Shown here one piece after another: positions 20,227 through 29,101 of a stretch of DNA of 64,000 bases. The stretch comes from Candidatus Eiseniibacteriota bacterium (GTDB lineage: Bacteria > Eisenbacteria > RBG-16-71-46): assembly GCA_044223005.1 (NCBI GenBank), contig JBGAML010000017.1:46391-110390 (forward strand). Direction: 5' to 3'. How positions within the stretch are numbered: position 1 is the first letter of the stretch; every line of letters starts with the position of its first letter. The position numbers and the translations under genes were made by a program. The notes beneath the pieces were generated by a model. It was not told where the DNA came from. It saw only the letters and a list, made by a program, of their open reading frames with translations, and did not search any database.

Positions 20227-22716
20227 TCACCTCACGAGTGCGATGCGCAACGTCGCGACGGCACCGCCGCGGAGCCTCGCGAGGTAGAGTCCCGGCGCCA
20301 GCGGGGCCCCGGAATCGTCCCGGCCGTCCCAGCCCAGGAGCGCCTCCCCGCGCCCGTCGACGCTCGCGACCAGCGCGCGGACCCGACGTCCCGCGGGGTC
20401 GAACACGTCCACCTGGGCGCGGCCCGGCTCGAGCCCGGTGAAACGGAGCATCACCTCGGCCTGCGCTGGGTTCGGCCATGCGCGAGCCGCTGCGACGGCC
20501 GCCGCGGGCGGCGCCACGTCCACGAATGCTCCACCCATGTTGCGCAGGATCGAGACGCACCCGGCCTCGTTGTTCGCGGTGACGAGGTCGACGCGTGTGT
20601 GGCCCGCGAGCACCCCCGCCGCGAGTCCGTACGGGTGCCGCCCCGCGCCGAAATGCTGCGCGGCGCCGAACGTCCCGTTGCCGCGGCCGCGCAGCACCGA
20701 CACCGTGGCGGCCGTGTAGTTCGCGGTGGCGACGTCGAGCCGGCCGTCGCCGTCGAAGTCGGCGGTCGCCACGCACGAGGCGTTCTCCCCGGCTCCGTAG
20801 TCCACGTGAGCGGCCAGCGTGCCGTCGCCATTGCCGCGCAGCACCGAGACCGTGTTCGTGCTGCTGTTCGCCGTCACGACGTCGAGCTTGCCGTCGGCGT
20901 CGAAGTCCGCCAGCGCGAGCGACGACGGCTGCGGGCCGCACGGATGCGGGACCGCCGCGGCGAACGCGCCGCCACCGGTGCCGAGCAGCACCGCGACCTG
21001 GCCGTACTGCGCATCGACGGCGACGAGGTCGGGAACCGCGTCGGCGTTCATGCGCCCGATGGCGACGCCGTAGACGGGCCCGCCGACCGCATACGAGGTG
21101 GCGGGCCCGAACGCTCCGCCGCCGATGCCGGGCAGTACGTCGATCTCGCCGCTACCGGCGATGGCGACCGCGAGGTCGGCGATCCCGTCGGCATCCAGGT
21201 CGCCGACGGCGGTCGCGTAGGGGTAGCTCCCGCACGGGAAGGCGGTCGGCGGCGTGAAGCCGCCGTTGCCGTGCCCGAGCAGCACCGAAACACTCCCGGG
21301 CGAATCGGAGTTGCACACGACGAGGTCCAGGTCCCCTTCACCGCTCACGTCCGCGATCGAGACGTGCAACGGCAGCGCTCCCGCGTCGTACGTCCAGCGC
21401 TCCCGGAACGTCATGTTGCCCGCGGCCATCGACAGGGAGATCGTGCCGGCCCCGTAGTCGGCCGTGACGATGTCCAGCCAGCCGTCCCCGTTCACGTCGC
21501 CCAGCGCCACCGAGTTCGGCGTGGCCCCGGTCGCGCAGTCGACACGGTTCGCGAAGTTCCCTCCGCCCAGCCCGAGGAAGACCCACGCGTTCGAGTTCTC
21601 CTGGTTCGCGACGACGAAGTCGCGCCGACCGTCTCCGTCCAGGTCCGCGCACGCGAGGCCGTCGGCGAGCCCGCCGCACGCGAGGTCGGTGCGGGCGCCG
21701 AGCGCCGTGCCGCCGAGTCCGGGAAACAGCGAGAGCTGGCTCACGATCAGGCTCGCGATCGTCGCGACATCGAGCACGCCGTCGCCGTTCCAGTCGACGA
21801 GGATCGCGAGCAGCGTGGACTTCGGGCACGCGTAGTCGGCACGGGCCGCGAACGAGCCGGCCCCGGTCCCGCGGAATACCGACAGCGTGCTCGCCGGGCT
21901 GCCGGAGGCCACCCCCACGAGATCCGGAAAGCCGTCGACATCGAGATCTCCCACGGTCACGAAGCGCGTGCTCGCCACCCCCGCGAGGCTCACCGGTCCC
22001 GCGAAGGCACCCCCGCCGGTGCCCGCGAAGATCTTCACCGTCCCGTCCGTCGAACAGGCGGCGACGAGGTCGAGCGTGCCGTCCCCCGTCACGTCCGCGA
22101 CGGTGACGCCCGACGGCGTCGCGGCCACGGCGATCGGCTGCGCGGCGCCGAACGATCCGGCGCCCGTGCCGGGCAGGATGTCGATCACGCCCTGCGTCGG
22201 CCCGCCGCCGGCGCAACCGACCACGAGGTCGGGCCAGCCGTCCCCGGTCAGGTCGGCGAGCGCGACACTCGTCGGGTAGTTGGCCGTCGCGTACGCCACG
22301 CGTGGCTGGAACGTCCCGTCCCCCTTGCCGAGCAGCACCGACACCGTCGCGTTCACGAAGTTGACGACCACCACATCGCGCTTGGCGTCGCCACTGACAT
22401 CCGCGACGGCGAGGTTCTCGGGGTAGCTGCCGGCGACCGTCTCGATCCGGCTGGCGAACGTGCCGTCGCCGTTGCCGGGCAGCACCGCGATCGTGCCCGA
22501 GTTGATGTTCGAGGTGACGAGATCCGGCCTGCCGTCACCCGTCACGTCGGCGAGCGCGGCCGCGTAGGGACCCGCACCGGTGTCGAACGAACGTGGGGCG
22601 CAGAAGAGCGGAGCACCGTGCGGGGCGCGCGCGAGGAGCGTGATCAGCAGCGCCGCGAGGATCAGCGCGAGGCGGGCGTGCCGGGGGTGCACGGGTGCCG
22701 TCGTGGGAGCGGACAT
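20227..22716 (-). CDS. Secreted FG-GAP/VCBS repeat protein (14 repeats) with FlgD-Ig/T9SS-like C-terminal domain
   Basis: 14 D-x-x-G/A-D-G-x-x-D-like repeats, signal peptide, C-terminal WPNP...FDPAGRRV...WDGRD...GLYLARL. Confidence 0.88.
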   Translation of the reverse strand: MSAPTTAPVHPRHARLALILAALLITLLARAPHGAPLFCAPRSFDTGAGPYAAALADVTGDGRPDLVTSNINSGTIAVLPGNGDGTFASRIETVAGSYPENLAVADVSGDAKRDVVVVNFVNATVSVLLGKGDGTFQPRVAYATANYPTSVALADLTGDGWPDLVVGCAGGGPTQGVIDILPGTGAGSFGAAQPIAVAATPSGVTVADVTGDGTLDLVAACSTDGTVKIFAGTGGGAFAGPVSLAGVASTRFVTVGDLDVDGFPDLVGVASGSPASTLSVFRGTGAGSFAARADYACPKSTLLAILVDWNGDGVLDVATIASLIVSQLSLFPGLGGTALGARTDLACGGLADGLACADLDGDGRRDFVVANQENSNAWVFLGLGGGNFANRVDCATGATPNSVALGDVNGDGWLDIVTADYGAGTISLSMAAGNMTFRERWTYDAGALPLHVSIADVSGEGDLDLVVCNSDSPGSVSVLLGHGNGGFTPPTAFPCGSYPYATAVGDLDADGIADLAVAIAGSGEIDVLPGIGGGAFGPATSYAVGGPVYGVAIGRMNADAVPDLVAVDAQYGQVAVLLGTGGGAFAAAVPHPCGPQPSSLALADFDADGKLDVVTANSSTNTVSVLRGNGDGTLAAHVDYGAGENASCVATADFDGDGRLDVATANYTAATVSVLRGRGNGTFGAAQHFGAGRHPYGLAAGVLAGHTRVDLVTANNEAGCVSILRNMGGAFVDVAPPAAAVAAARAWPNPAQAEVMLRFTGLEPGRAQVDVFDPAGRRVRALVASVDGRGEALLGWDGRDDSGAPLAPGLYLARLRGGAVATLRIALVR

Positions 22717-22944
22717 CGTGGGTCTCCCACGCGCCGGACCGCGCGCAACCGCGACGTTCCAGGCCGGGTGGGGCCGGCGCGAGTTCGGAGAGCATTCCCC
22801 CCTGCGGTTGCGCCCCGCGCACTGGAACACCGCGAGCGTAGCGCTGCCGCGCGACGACTCCAACGGAGAACGTATGCCGGCGCCAGAAACGACACGGCGG
22901 GCGGCCGCGTCACGCGGCCACCCGCCGAGAGTTTCAGCGTTCGA

Positions 22945-23304
22945 TCAGGGTGTGACGCGCCGGTGCTCCATGATCACGGCCGCGGTGGTCGATCCGAGCG
23001 TGAACGCCGAACGGAACTCGCCCTCGACGCCGACCTTCGCGCCCTCGCGCGGCGCACCGCCGCCCTGGCTCACGACGGCGATCGCACCGGTGCCGTCGTC
23101 GATCTGGTACGCGCCGTAGCCGAGGATGCCGAGCGACTTGGTGACGTTGCCCGCGATGCGCACGGTCTGCTTGTCGAAGCGCGACGGGTCGTCGAGCAGC
23201 GTCTTGATGGGCGTGACCTGCACGTTGCCCTTGCAGCCGGCGACGAGGGCCACACCGAGCAGCGCGGCGACGATCAGGGTACGGCCGAGAGTACGACGCA
23301 TCAT
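22945..23304 (-). CDS. Small lipoprotein, probable OB-fold
   Basis: Lipobox LVAGC, then TPIKTLLDDP.RFD...VRIAG.V...YQIDDGTG.I.V...VGVEG. Confidence 0.7.
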   Translation of the reverse strand: MMRRTLGRTLIVAALLGVALVAGCKGNVQVTPIKTLLDDPSRFDKQTVRIAGNVTKSLGILGYGAYQIDDGTGAIAVVSQGGGAPREGAKVGVEGEFRSAFTLGSTTAAVIMEHRRVTP

Positions 23305-23347
23305 GAAGGGCCTCTCCGTTAGGTCGGGAAGCAAGGGGAACGCGGGG

Positions 23348-23376
23348 AAGCTAGCACGCGGGCCGCCCGCCGTCAG
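23348..23376 (-). promoter_or_regulatory. Promoter of the lipoprotein gene
   Basis: CTGACG-17 bp-TAGCTT with a TG extension. Confidence 0.45.
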
Positions 23377-23405
23377 CCGCAGGGTGGACCGCCCGCGCGG
23401 CCGGT

Positions 23406-24200
23406 TCAGTCCAGCGCGACCGCGATCGCTTCGGCGAGGCCGCCCGCGTCCACGTCGCCCACCACCACGCTGGCGCGCGCCTTCACCTCGGGCGGGGCGT
23501 TGCCCATCGCGATCCCGAGCCCGGCGGCGAGCAGCGCGTCGAGGTCGTTGGCGCCGTCGCCCACCATCGCCACCTGCGTCGGCTCGAGGCCGTGGTGCGC
23601 GGCCAGCCAGCGGAGCGCAGTCGACTTGGAGGTACCGCGGCGCACGAGGTTCGAGAACACCGTCCCCGGCGACCACGGCGCCGTGGCCGGGTGCGCGTCG
23701 ACGTCGCCCAGCGACTCCACCAGCGCGCGGAAGTGCGGCCAGCGGCTCTCGTGCACGACCCACTGCGCGCGCACCGCGGGCTCGGGCAGGTTCGCCGGAT
23801 CGACGATCTCCGCCTCCATCTCGAGGTGCTCGGCGTGCACGCGCGTCAGCTCGGTGTGCCGCTCGAGGAAGAAGCGCGTCTCGCTGTAGAGCTCGATCGG
23901 CTCGTCCTCGCGCCGCGACATCTCGACGAGCGCGCGGCACGAGGCCTCCGGCAGTCGGCTCGCGTACTCGGCGGGCTGCCCCGGGCGCGAGACCACCGCG
24001 CCGCTCTGAAACACGTGCAGTCCCTCCGGCGCAATGCGGCGCGCGTAGTCGAGCGCGAGCCCGCGGCCGATCCGGCCGGTGCAGAGCGCGACGGGCACGC
24101 CGCGCGCGCGGGCCGTGTCCAGCGCCACCCAGGTCGTCTCGTGGACGCCGTTCTTCCCCACCAGCGTGCCGTCGACGTCGATGAGGATCAGCCCGATCAC
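23406..24200 (-). CDS. Cof-type HAD-IIB hydrolase
   Basis: DVDGTL, CTGR, SK and GDGAND...AMGNA. GTGA overlap with arsC. Confidence 0.9.
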   Translation of the reverse strand: MIGLILIDVDGTLVGKNGVHETTWVALDTARARGVPVALCTGRIGRGLALDYARRIAPEGLHVFQSGAVVSRPGQPAEYASRLPEASCRALVEMSRREDEPIELYSETRFFLERHTELTRVHAEHLEMEAEIVDPANLPEPAVRAQWVVHESRWPHFRALVESLGDVDAHPATAPWSPGTVFSNLVRRGTSKSTALRWLAAHHGLEPTQVAMVGDGANDLDALLAAGLGIAMGNAPPEVKARASVVVGDVDAGGLAEAIAVALD

Positions 24201-24652
24201 GCCTGGTCGCCTCGTGGCCAGAGCGACGCGATCCGCCAGCGGATCTCGTCGCGGACTTCGCGGAACGCGTCGAGCTGCTGGTCCTTCGGCACCAGCGAGG
24301 GATCGGGCAGCAGCCAGAAGACGCGGCGCACTTCGGCCTCGACCGTCGGGCACGCCTGCGCGTCCTCGGCGCAGAGCGTCACCACGGTGTCGGCGCTGCG
24401 CCAGTCGACGTCGGCGAGCGACTTGGAAACGTGGTGGGAGATGTCGATGCCGACCTCGGCCATCACCTCGATCGCGAGCGGGTGCAGTCCGCGCGGCTCG
24501 CTGCCCGCGCTCATCACCGTCGCGCCCGGGGGCGCCATGGTGCGCGCGAAGCCTTCCGCGATCTGGCTGCGCGAGGCGTTGTGGATGCAGAGGAACAGCA
24601 GCTTTTCGGGCGGTCGCGTGACGAACGCCGCCGGGCGGACGATCTCGCTCAT
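24197..24652 (-). CDS. arsC: Thioredoxin-type arsenate reductase / LMW-PTP family
   Basis: P-loop CIHNASRSQ, SAG, resolving pair TLC...ACP, and DP. ATGA overlap with the aquaporin. Confidence 0.82.
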   Translation of the reverse strand: MSEIVRPAAFVTRPPEKLLFLCIHNASRSQIAEGFARTMAPPGATVMSAGSEPRGLHPLAIEVMAEVGIDISHHVSKSLADVDWRSADTVVTLCAEDAQACPTVEAEVRRVFWLLPDPSLVPKDQQLDAFREVRDEIRWRIASLWPRGDQA

Positions 24653-25323
24653 GGCCGGCTCCTCAGGATGACGGACCAGTAGACGCGCGCCGCCGCCGCG
24701 CCACCGAGCAGCGGCGCGACCCAGTAGAGCCACTGATCGCGCCACGTGCCGGACACCAGCGCCGCGCCGAACGCGCGCGCCGGGTTCATGGCGCCGCCGG
24801 TCAGCGGCCCCGCGACCAGGATGCCGACCAGCACCGTGAGCCCGATGCCGAAGCCGCCGATGCGCGGCGCGCGCTCGTCGACGGCGGTACCCCAGACGGC
24901 GGTGACGAGGAAGAACGTGAGCACGAACTCGAGGATGAAGGCCTGCGACGCACCGAGCCCGGCCGCGACGACCGGCACGCCGTAGTGCACCGCGTCGCCC
25001 GCCTCGCCCGGCACCGCCGCGCGCAGCAGCACGCTCGCGACCACGGCACCCAGCACCTGCGAGAGCCAGTAGGTGATCGCGCTGGTCCACGACTGGCGGC
25101 CCGTGACCACGAACCCGAACGTCACCGCCGGGTTGAAGTGGCCGCCCGAGACCGAGCCGAGCGCGCTGATCATGACCGCCAGTACGATGCCGTGCGCGGC
25201 CGCGATCGTGAGCAGGTCGTTCCGCCCGAGGAGGTGCTGGACGACGATCGAGCCCTGGCCCGCGAAGCACAGCGCGAACGTGCCGAGGAACTCCGCCCAG
25301 TACGACTTGGGTCCCTGGTCCAT
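24649..25323 (-). CDS. MIP family aquaporin
   Basis: AEFLGT, SGGHFNPAV and GGAMNPAR. Confidence 0.93.
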   Translation of the reverse strand: MDQGPKSYWAEFLGTFALCFAGQGSIVVQHLLGRNDLLTIAAAHGIVLAVMISALGSVSGGHFNPAVTFGFVVTGRQSWTSAITYWLSQVLGAVVASVLLRAAVPGEAGDAVHYGVPVVAAGLGASQAFILEFVLTFFLVTAVWGTAVDERAPRIGGFGIGLTVLVGILVAGPLTGGAMNPARAFGAALVSGTWRDQWLYWVAPLLGGAAAARVYWSVILRSRP

Positions 25324-25368
25324 GCGGTTCTCCGGGTGACGGGTGACGGCCGATCGAAAGGCCGCGAC

Positions 25369-25397
25369 ACGCTAGCGGCCACCTCCCGGCCCGTCAA
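25369..25397 (-). promoter_or_regulatory. sigma70-type promoter of the aquaporin-arsC-cof operon
   Basis: TTGACG-17 bp-TAGCGT. Confidence 0.6.
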
Positions 25398-25425
25398 CGC
25401 CGCGGACTCCCCCGGGAAGGCGCGC

Positions 25426-26223
25426 TCAGGCGAGCGTGCCCTGGCGCCGCAGGAGCTCCTCCATGAGCTTGGCGTTGCGGGCGGCCTGGCCGGCGTGGCA
25501 GTTGTTGAAGAACAGGTAGGTCTGCTTCGCCTGGTCGGCCAGCACGCGCACCTTCTCGACCCACTCGAGCAGCTGGCGCTCGGAGTAGTCGTAGTCGTAG
25601 CGGTCGCCGCCGCCTCGCCCCCACCACGTCGCCTCGTTGCGGCCGTGGAAGCGCACGTAGCCCGTGTCGGTCGTGAGGTGGACGACCGGGGGCACCAGCC
25701 CGGGCAGCGCCGGTTCGTCCACGGCGCAGTAGCCGAGCGAGCGCTCGCGCAACCAGTCCGGCAGCTTGGCGTGCATCCACGAGTCGTGCCGGAACTCGAC
25801 CCAGAGCGGTTCGTCGCCGAGCGACTCGCGCAGGCCCTCGAGGTGGCGCTTGGTCTCGTCGGTCTTCTTGAAGCTCCACGGGAACTGCGCGAGCAGGCCG
25901 TGGTACTTGCCGGCGTCCTTGAGCGGTTGAATCGCCGCGAGGAAGTCGCGCGTCGTCCCGGGCTCGAGACCGCGTTCGTGCGTCATCGACTGGTGCAGCT
26001 TGACCACGAACCGGAAACCGTCCGGCGTCTTCTTCTCCATGAGCGAGAGCACGCGCGGGTTCGGGATCCGGTAGTAGGTCGAGTTCACCTCGACGCAGCC
26101 GAACTGTCGCGCGTAGTACGGCAGGTAGTCGCCGCTCTTCGTGCCCGGCGGGTAGAAGGGCCCCACCCAGTCGGCGAACGAATAGCCCGACGTGCCGACG
26201 TGGATCGCGCCGGCCGCGCTCAC
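25426..26223 (-). CDS. DUF72 (YecE-like) protein
   Basis: GTSGY..W.G.FYP, VEVNSTYY, QFP, EFRH.SW, YVRFHGR and FNN. GTGA overlap with dinB. Confidence 0.9.
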   Translation of the reverse strand: MSAAGAIHVGTSGYSFADWVGPFYPPGTKSGDYLPYYARQFGCVEVNSTYYRIPNPRVLSLMEKKTPDGFRFVVKLHQSMTHERGLEPGTTRDFLAAIQPLKDAGKYHGLLAQFPWSFKKTDETKRHLEGLRESLGDEPLWVEFRHDSWMHAKLPDWLRERSLGYCAVDEPALPGLVPPVVHLTTDTGYVRFHGRNEATWWGRGGGDRYDYDYSERQLLEWVEKVRVLADQAKQTYLFFNNCHAGQAARNAKLMEELLRRQGTLA

Positions 26224-27638
26224 GCGCCGCCCCGCTTGCCGCCGCGCGGGCGGCCCTCGACCGGGCGCGGGCGATCGCCACGCTCCGCGGGCTTCGGCGT
26301 GCCGCGCGCGCCCCGTTCGGGCGCCCGCGGTTCGCGCACCGGTCCCTCGCCCAATTCGCTGGCGCGCCGCAGCACCGTCTTTACCTGCGACGCGGTGCCC
26401 TCGCGCGAGAGCGCGCCCGCTCCCGCATCCGAGCGCTTGATGGCGCCGAAGGGCACGTGCCCGATCGCGCGCCGGTGCATGAGCGAGCCCGCGGGCACGA
26501 CGGACGCCTCGCCCAGCTTGTCGCGCACCTTGTCGAGCGCCGCCTGCAGCGTGCGCGAGCGTTCGTCGCGCGCGAAGAGTTCGGTCTGCTCGCCCTCGCC
26601 CTTCTTCTCCAGCGCGCTCACGCTGATCCCGAGCAGCCGCAGCGGCTCGCCGTGCCAGTTGGCGCGCCAGAGCGCGCGCGCCACCTCGAAGATGCCGAGG
26701 TGCTCGTCGACCGCGACCGGCAGCGCGCGCTGGCGCGTGATCGTGCGGAAGCGGTGATCGCGCAGCTTGACCGTCACCGTGCGCCCCGCGAACGCGTCGC
26801 CGCGCAGGCGGCGTGCGACCTGGTCGGCGAGCCGCAGCAGCGTGCCTTCCAGGAACTCCGCGTCGCGGCAGTCCTCGGGCAGCGTGACTTCGTGCCCCAT
26901 CGACTTGGGATCCACGCCCTCGTGGTACGGGATCACCGGCGTCTGGTCGTGCCCCCACGCCGCCTCGCGCAGGTGCGGGCCCGTGACGCCGAACGCCTGC
27001 TCGAGCATCTCGGGTCGCGCGCGCCCGAGATCGCCCACGGTGCGGATCCCGAGTCCGTTCAGGTGACCTGCCATCTTGGGACCCACGCCCCAGAGCGCCT
27101 GCACCTCCTGCGGCCAGAAGAGCTGCCGGAAGCCCTCCTCGTCGAGGAACGTGAGCCCGCGCGGCTTGTTCACGCCGGAGCCCATCTTGGCGATCAGCTT
27201 GTTGGGGCCGATCCCGATCGAGGCGCCCAGGCCGTGCTCGTCGGCGATGCGCTGCTGGATGCCGCGCGCGATCGCGATCGCCGCCTCGCGCGTGGCGGCG
27301 CGATCGCCCAACTTGCCGAGATCGAGGAACGCCTCGTCGACGCTGAACGGTTCCACGTCGGGCGTGACCGAAAGGAGGATCTCGAGGATCTCGAGCGACT
27401 TCTCGACGTACTTGCGGGGATTGCCCTCGACGTACTCGGCCTGCGGGCAGAGCCGCTTGGCCTCGGCGAGCGGCATGCCCGCGTGCACGCCGAACGGCCG
27501 CGCCTCGTAGGAGGCCGCGGTCACCACGCCGCGCCGGTCGGGATCGCCGCAGACGATCACCGGCTTGCCGCGCAGGTGCGGATGGTGCGCCTGCTCGACC
27601 GACGCGAAGAACGCATCCATGTCGACGAGCAGGATCAT
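26220..27638 (-). CDS. dinB: DNA polymerase IV (Y family)
   Basis: DMDAFFASVE, SYEAR, SVDEAFLD and clamp motif QTELF. Confidence 0.93.
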   Translation of the reverse strand: MILLVDMDAFFASVEQAHHPHLRGKPVIVCGDPDRRGVVTAASYEARPFGVHAGMPLAEAKRLCPQAEYVEGNPRKYVEKSLEILEILLSVTPDVEPFSVDEAFLDLGKLGDRAATREAAIAIARGIQQRIADEHGLGASIGIGPNKLIAKMGSGVNKPRGLTFLDEEGFRQLFWPQEVQALWGVGPKMAGHLNGLGIRTVGDLGRARPEMLEQAFGVTGPHLREAAWGHDQTPVIPYHEGVDPKSMGHEVTLPEDCRDAEFLEGTLLRLADQVARRLRGDAFAGRTVTVKLRDHRFRTITRQRALPVAVDEHLGIFEVARALWRANWHGEPLRLLGISVSALEKKGEGEQTELFARDERSRTLQAALDKVRDKLGEASVVPAGSLMHRRAIGHVPFGAIKRSDAGAGALSREGTASQVKTVLRRASELGEGPVREPRAPERGARGTPKPAERGDRPRPVEGRPRGGKRGGA

Positions 27639-27673
27639 TACATGGCCTCCCTTCGTCGGCCTGGGTCGGTGTG

Positions 27674-27708
27674 GCGGCTGGTCGCGGTCATGCGGCCGGT
27701 CGCGGTCA
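27674..27708 (-). repeat. Near-perfect tandem duplication (17-nt unit, 18-nt period)
   Basis: TGACCGCGACCGGCCGC-A-TGACCGCGACCAGCCGC on the minus strand. Confidence 0.6.
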
Positions 27709-27960
27709 GGCGGGCGGCGTCCAGGCGCGGCTCAGGATCCAGCGCGGCCCGCGAGCGTCGTAGCAGAGCTCGAAGGTCTCGTCCTTGGCCCCCTGCACCG
27801 CGAAATAGCGCAGGACGGCCTGCCCGTCGCGTCGACTCCATTGCCCCGTGACTTTCCTCACCCGGACCACGCGACCCTGCCAGCGGAAGCGTATAGGCGT
27901 CATACCCCCGTCCACGAACGCCGTCAGGACGTCGACCGGGTCGTTGAGCGATTCGAACAT
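27706..27960 (-). CDS. Small DUF6504-like beta protein upstream of dinB
   Basis: P.RFRWQGR...V..V...W...YFAV....FEL.YD....W.L pattern, 84 aa. Confidence 0.72.
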   Translation of the reverse strand: MFESLNDPVDVLTAFVDGGMTPIRFRWQGRVVRVRKVTGQWSRRDGQAVLRYFAVQGAKDETFELCYDARGPRWILSRAWTPPA

Positions 27961-27983
27961 GACCGGACTCTGGCACCGCGGGT

Positions 27984-28012
27984 AGGATACTGCACGTTTG
28001 GGCAGTCGGCAA
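27984..28012 (-). promoter_or_regulatory. Promoter with SOS-box-like inverted repeat in the spacer
   Basis: TTGCCG-17 bp-TATCCT. ACTGC-N8-GCAGT (CTG-N10-CAG) at 27989-28006. Confidence 0.6.
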
Positions 28013-28039
28013 GAAGCTCGCTCAGCCGCGGAAAGCCGA

Positions 28040-28067
28040 CGGGCCCGCGACGATTGCCGCGGGCCCG
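28040..28067 (-). terminator. Hairpin after the beta-propeller lipoprotein gene
   Basis: CGGGCCCGCG...CGCGGGCCCG, extended by a G-U pair on the minus strand. Confidence 0.5.
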
Positions 28068-28102
28068 ATCGAACCGCCCTCCCGACGGGACTTGAAGGAA
28101 CG

Positions 28103-29098
28103 CTACTGAGCAGCGCCGACCGACGGTGCCGTCAGGTGAGTGATCGCACCCGAGCGCTGGACCGCGGTGGGCTGGCTCCAGAGCTTTCCGTCGTAGCGCA
28201 GGATCAGTTCCTGGCCCACGGCGAATACGTCGGACCTCGAGGTTCCCCAGACACCCCAGAGATGGCTGGTCGTACCGCTCGACTGCGCGCTCCACATCGT
28301 CCCGTCGTAGTGCAGGATCGTGCCGTTGGCGCCCACGGCGAAGACGTCATCCGGCGCGCTGCCCCAGACCGCGAACAGGTTGTTCGTCGTACCGCTCGCC
28401 TGGGAACTCCAGTTCACGCCGTCGTAGTGCGAAATTGCGGGCCCTCCCACCGCGAATACGTCGTTGCTCGAACTGCCCCAGACGGCGGTCGTCGGCGAAC
28501 CCGTGTACTGGTGGGACCAGTGAACACCATCGAAGTGGAGGATGGAGTCCACGAGGCCTCCGACGAACACGTCTCGGGAGGAGCTTCCCCAGATGCCCTG
28601 CAACCACTCGCCCCGGCCCGTTGTGATCGCGTTCCACGTCGCCCCGTCGTAGTGCAAGATCAACCCTTGGCGGCCCACGGCGAACACATCGTGTTCCGAG
28701 CTTCCCCAGACCGACTCGAGCGCCGCTGGGGCATCGGCCGCCCGATGCCAGGCACGGCCATCGAAACGGTAGACCCTTCCGGTGACCCCGCCGTCCGGAC
28801 TGCTCCACGCGACGTATGCGGCATTCGCCGACGGCACCCAGACACCGTTCAGGAATCCCCTGGGACCCTCCCATTCGGGGATCCAGCGGCGGCCATCGAA
28901 ATGCCAGATCGTCGAGGAACCGATCGCGTAGACGTCGCTGGTCGACGAGCCACCCACCGCGCTGAACCACGGGTTCCAGAACCCGGTATCGAGCGCCGAG
29001 CGGCCACATCCGGTCGTGACCGCGAGCAGGCCGAAGACCGCTATCGCACGTACCCAGCCGACCCTGGCACGCGCGCCGTATCGCAGATCAGGCCGCAT
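28103..29098 (-). CDS. Seven-bladed beta-propeller putative lipoprotein
   Basis: Seven VWGSS..DVFAVG...ILHYDG..W-type repeats. Lipobox-like AVTTGC. Confidence 0.8.
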   Translation of the reverse strand: MRPDLRYGARARVGWVRAIAVFGLLAVTTGCGRSALDTGFWNPWFSAVGGSSTSDVYAIGSSTIWHFDGRRWIPEWEGPRGFLNGVWVPSANAAYVAWSSPDGGVTGRVYRFDGRAWHRAADAPAALESVWGSSEHDVFAVGRQGLILHYDGATWNAITTGRGEWLQGIWGSSSRDVFVGGLVDSILHFDGVHWSHQYTGSPTTAVWGSSSNDVFAVGGPAISHYDGVNWSSQASGTTNNLFAVWGSAPDDVFAVGANGTILHYDGTMWSAQSSGTTSHLWGVWGTSRSDVFAVGQELILRYDGKLWSQPTAVQRSGAITHLTAPSVGAAQ

Positions 29099-29101
29099 GG
29101 C

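Noticed and set aside
27638..28012. 124-aa ORF overlapping the DUF6504-like gene
   Set aside because: It starts inside the -35 element and is an alternative frame; only its last 17 codons are kept as a possible mini-ORF.
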